A DNA stretch of 30,606 bases from Macrostomum lignano (lineage: Eukaryota), in NCBI GenBank assembly GCA_002269645.1, contig NIVC01002060.1, positions 1 through 30,606 on the forward strand, read 5' to 3'. The notes beneath the pieces were generated by a model, which did not search any database, was not told where the DNA came from, and was given only the letters and a program-made list of their open reading frames with translations. Within the stretch, counting starts at the first letter, position 1; each line of letters starts with the position of its first letter. Made by a program: the position numbers and the translations under genes. Below are positions 28,563 to 30,606 of the stretch, in pieces.

Positions 28563-30490
28563 GGTACTTGGTAATGCAAATAACTTTAGCCAATTGGTTT
28601 TATCAACATTAAACCAATGTTAAAATGTACATAGCCAATGTACATAACAAACTAAGCAAATAGCATGATTCCGCATGATGACTCACTGACCCCTCACCCC
28701 TTGCTCATCCACCCTATTCTGCTTGTCATTCAGTGTACGGCGCATGACCAAGATGGCTGCAGCTCGAAATGTATAAATAGATAAAATTAATAATAAGCCT
28801 ATATATATATGCACTCATTTCTTGTTGGTATTATTTGTATTTGATATACTATATCATACTATAGATCTTTAAGTCTTGAGGGATAGATGCTATAATAGAA
28901 TTATTTTAAATTAAGAACATTTCTTTTAGCTTTAACTTTTATTATAGCCTAACCTATATTTATCTACTAAATAAAGCAAGTAACCTAGCAAAGTATAGCA
29001 AAGTAACCTAACAAAATAAATACCTTGTTGCATATAGGCCCCTTTATATCTTATTTTGTATAGGCCTAGCAATACTACTAGGCCTAGCAATGGTTTCTTG
29101 ATAAACTAATAATGAGATTTGATAGATGCAATAAATTGGCACAAACACAGAAAAAGATTAAAGTTTTGTATTATAGGTAATTAGTTTTAAATCTATTATT
29201 GTAGCCTGCATGAGCCCCCATCAGTATTTATAAATAGGCCTATTAATATTAATATAATTGATTAAACATATTAGTTAATTTTACAATACCTATTAAGTTG
29301 CTAATTAATGGTACAAAAAGAAAGAGTAGATATAATAGAGATTCAATGCTGTGGCCATGTACATTTTATACATGTGGCCATCTTAGTCTTATACCCAGTG
29401 TGCAGCCACCCCATTTCCGCTGTGTATATTTTAATGTCAGTTTAACATTAGTAAAACCAATTGACCAAAGTTAGGGGCCTATATACATTGCTTGGTATGC
29501 ATCTATAGACTTTGAGAATTCATTCCAGTAATGGCAGCAAAATTTATTAGGTCTAGGCCCTATTGAAAGTAAATATAGCCTTATAGGCTCTCTCATGAAT
29601 AATATAGCTAATGATATTGAAAATATTATCATAGCCATACATAGGCTTAATTTTCTCTCTAGGTAGCAGTTTGGTCTAATTTTTGAATTGAAGGTTTTAT
29701 TGTTGTACTAGATATATAATAGTTCATAGGCCTAGGCCTAGTGCTTTTCAGCTGCCAGTTAGTAGAATCCACACTTCATTTTGCAATTTACCATTCCGCT
29801 GGAGATTCCACATTTTTTGTGCTATTCTATTCTGATTCTAATGCTGTTTCTGCATTTCACTGGGCTGGGCCTAGGTGCCACTTAATTTTAGCTTAGGCTA
29901 ATAGTCTAATACTATACTTATACTCACAAAAATATATTGTTATTCAATTTATTTTGTACATGTAGGAATTTAGTCATGTACATGTATAATTGTTGGCTTT
30001 GTCCCCCTACCATAAAATCCATGGCGACGCGCCTGGGAGTAAGACTCTTAATATTAGACTAGATATTGAAAACAATATAAGTTGAATTTTAAATTAATTA
30101 GCCCAATAGATATTGCAACAGAAAGACACAGTGAAGTAGACAAGACAATCACGACACCGACTGCATACACCAGACTTGTACACCGTCACCCTGGTCCTGA
30201 TACATATTCAACCGCGACTAGTCGCATCACAAATCTGACTGAGCGATACAAGCTAAGCTATAGGATACGAGCAGCTCGGTATATATAGATCTAGATTTGC
30301 CAGGAAAATAAAGTCAAATTTTTGAATTAATCCAAACAAATGATTACAAGGTTTACATTTTCGTGCCATTTTCTTACAAAATAAAGGTTGAGTCGTCTAG
30401 AAATAATTTTACACAAATTTCTTATTTTTAAATTTTTTTTCGAATAATCGTTTTTTCACTTTGACTTGGCATTTGACTTTGGCGTTTTTT

Positions 30491-30599
30491 TCACTTTTGA
30501 CTTTGCAATAAGTTTTGACGGTGGTGTTGGTGTTTAAGCTGGTGTTGATCATGGAGTGAATCAGCGATGGAAGCCAGTTTTCGCTGGCATCTGTCGATC
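30491..30599 (-). CDS. Candidate terminal exon of a gene beyond the right edge (frame uncertain; one frame gives IDRCQRKLASIADSLHDQHQLKHQHHRQNLLQSQK*)
   Basis: CTTTCAG| acceptor at the very window edge and a local rise in GC content; no recognisable homology. Confidence 0.3.
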
Positions 30600-30606
30600 C
30601 TGAAAG

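Noticed and set aside
28679-28780. AP-1, YY1-like (AAGATGGC) and TATAAA motifs as a promoter
   Set aside because: The order and spacing are not those of a core promoter, no adjacent gene is evident, and such short motifs are expected by chance in AT-rich DNA.
30082-30288. 68-aa plus-strand ORF
   Set aside because: Starts at TTG, has no splice context and no recognisable homology.

Overview
Eukaryotic (metazoan) genomic DNA with spliceosomal GT-AG introns. GC-rich exons are separated by introns that are mostly single minisatellite arrays, a style consistent with a free-living flatworm such as Macrostomum (inference from style only). Three co-oriented minus-strand genes are supported. (1) A 549-aa acidic, low-complexity ORF of unknown identity (22805-24454). 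(2) TBC1D20, a Rab GAP (4 exons, 15120-18641, 386 aa). (3) VPS39/Vam6, a HOPS subunit (6 exons, 2622-13249, about 900 aa, plus a probable 7th micro-exon at 2073-2091). The VPS39 model needs one 1-nt frameshift near 2970. Thirteen tandem or simple-repeat arrays cover roughly 40% of the window. The AT-rich right end (24.6-30.4 kb) holds two hAT-like MITEs with intact 8-bp TSDs, a 128-bp palindrome and a foldback-like remnant. The best leads are a possible TBC1D20-VPS39 operon-like unit (poly(A) signal about 130 nt before a splice acceptor), an intronic array of about 50 AP-1 sites, splice donors on or next to stop codons, and an RFX X-box upstream of TBC1D20. All exon boundaries and family calls were made by eye from remembered homolog sequences, with no database search.
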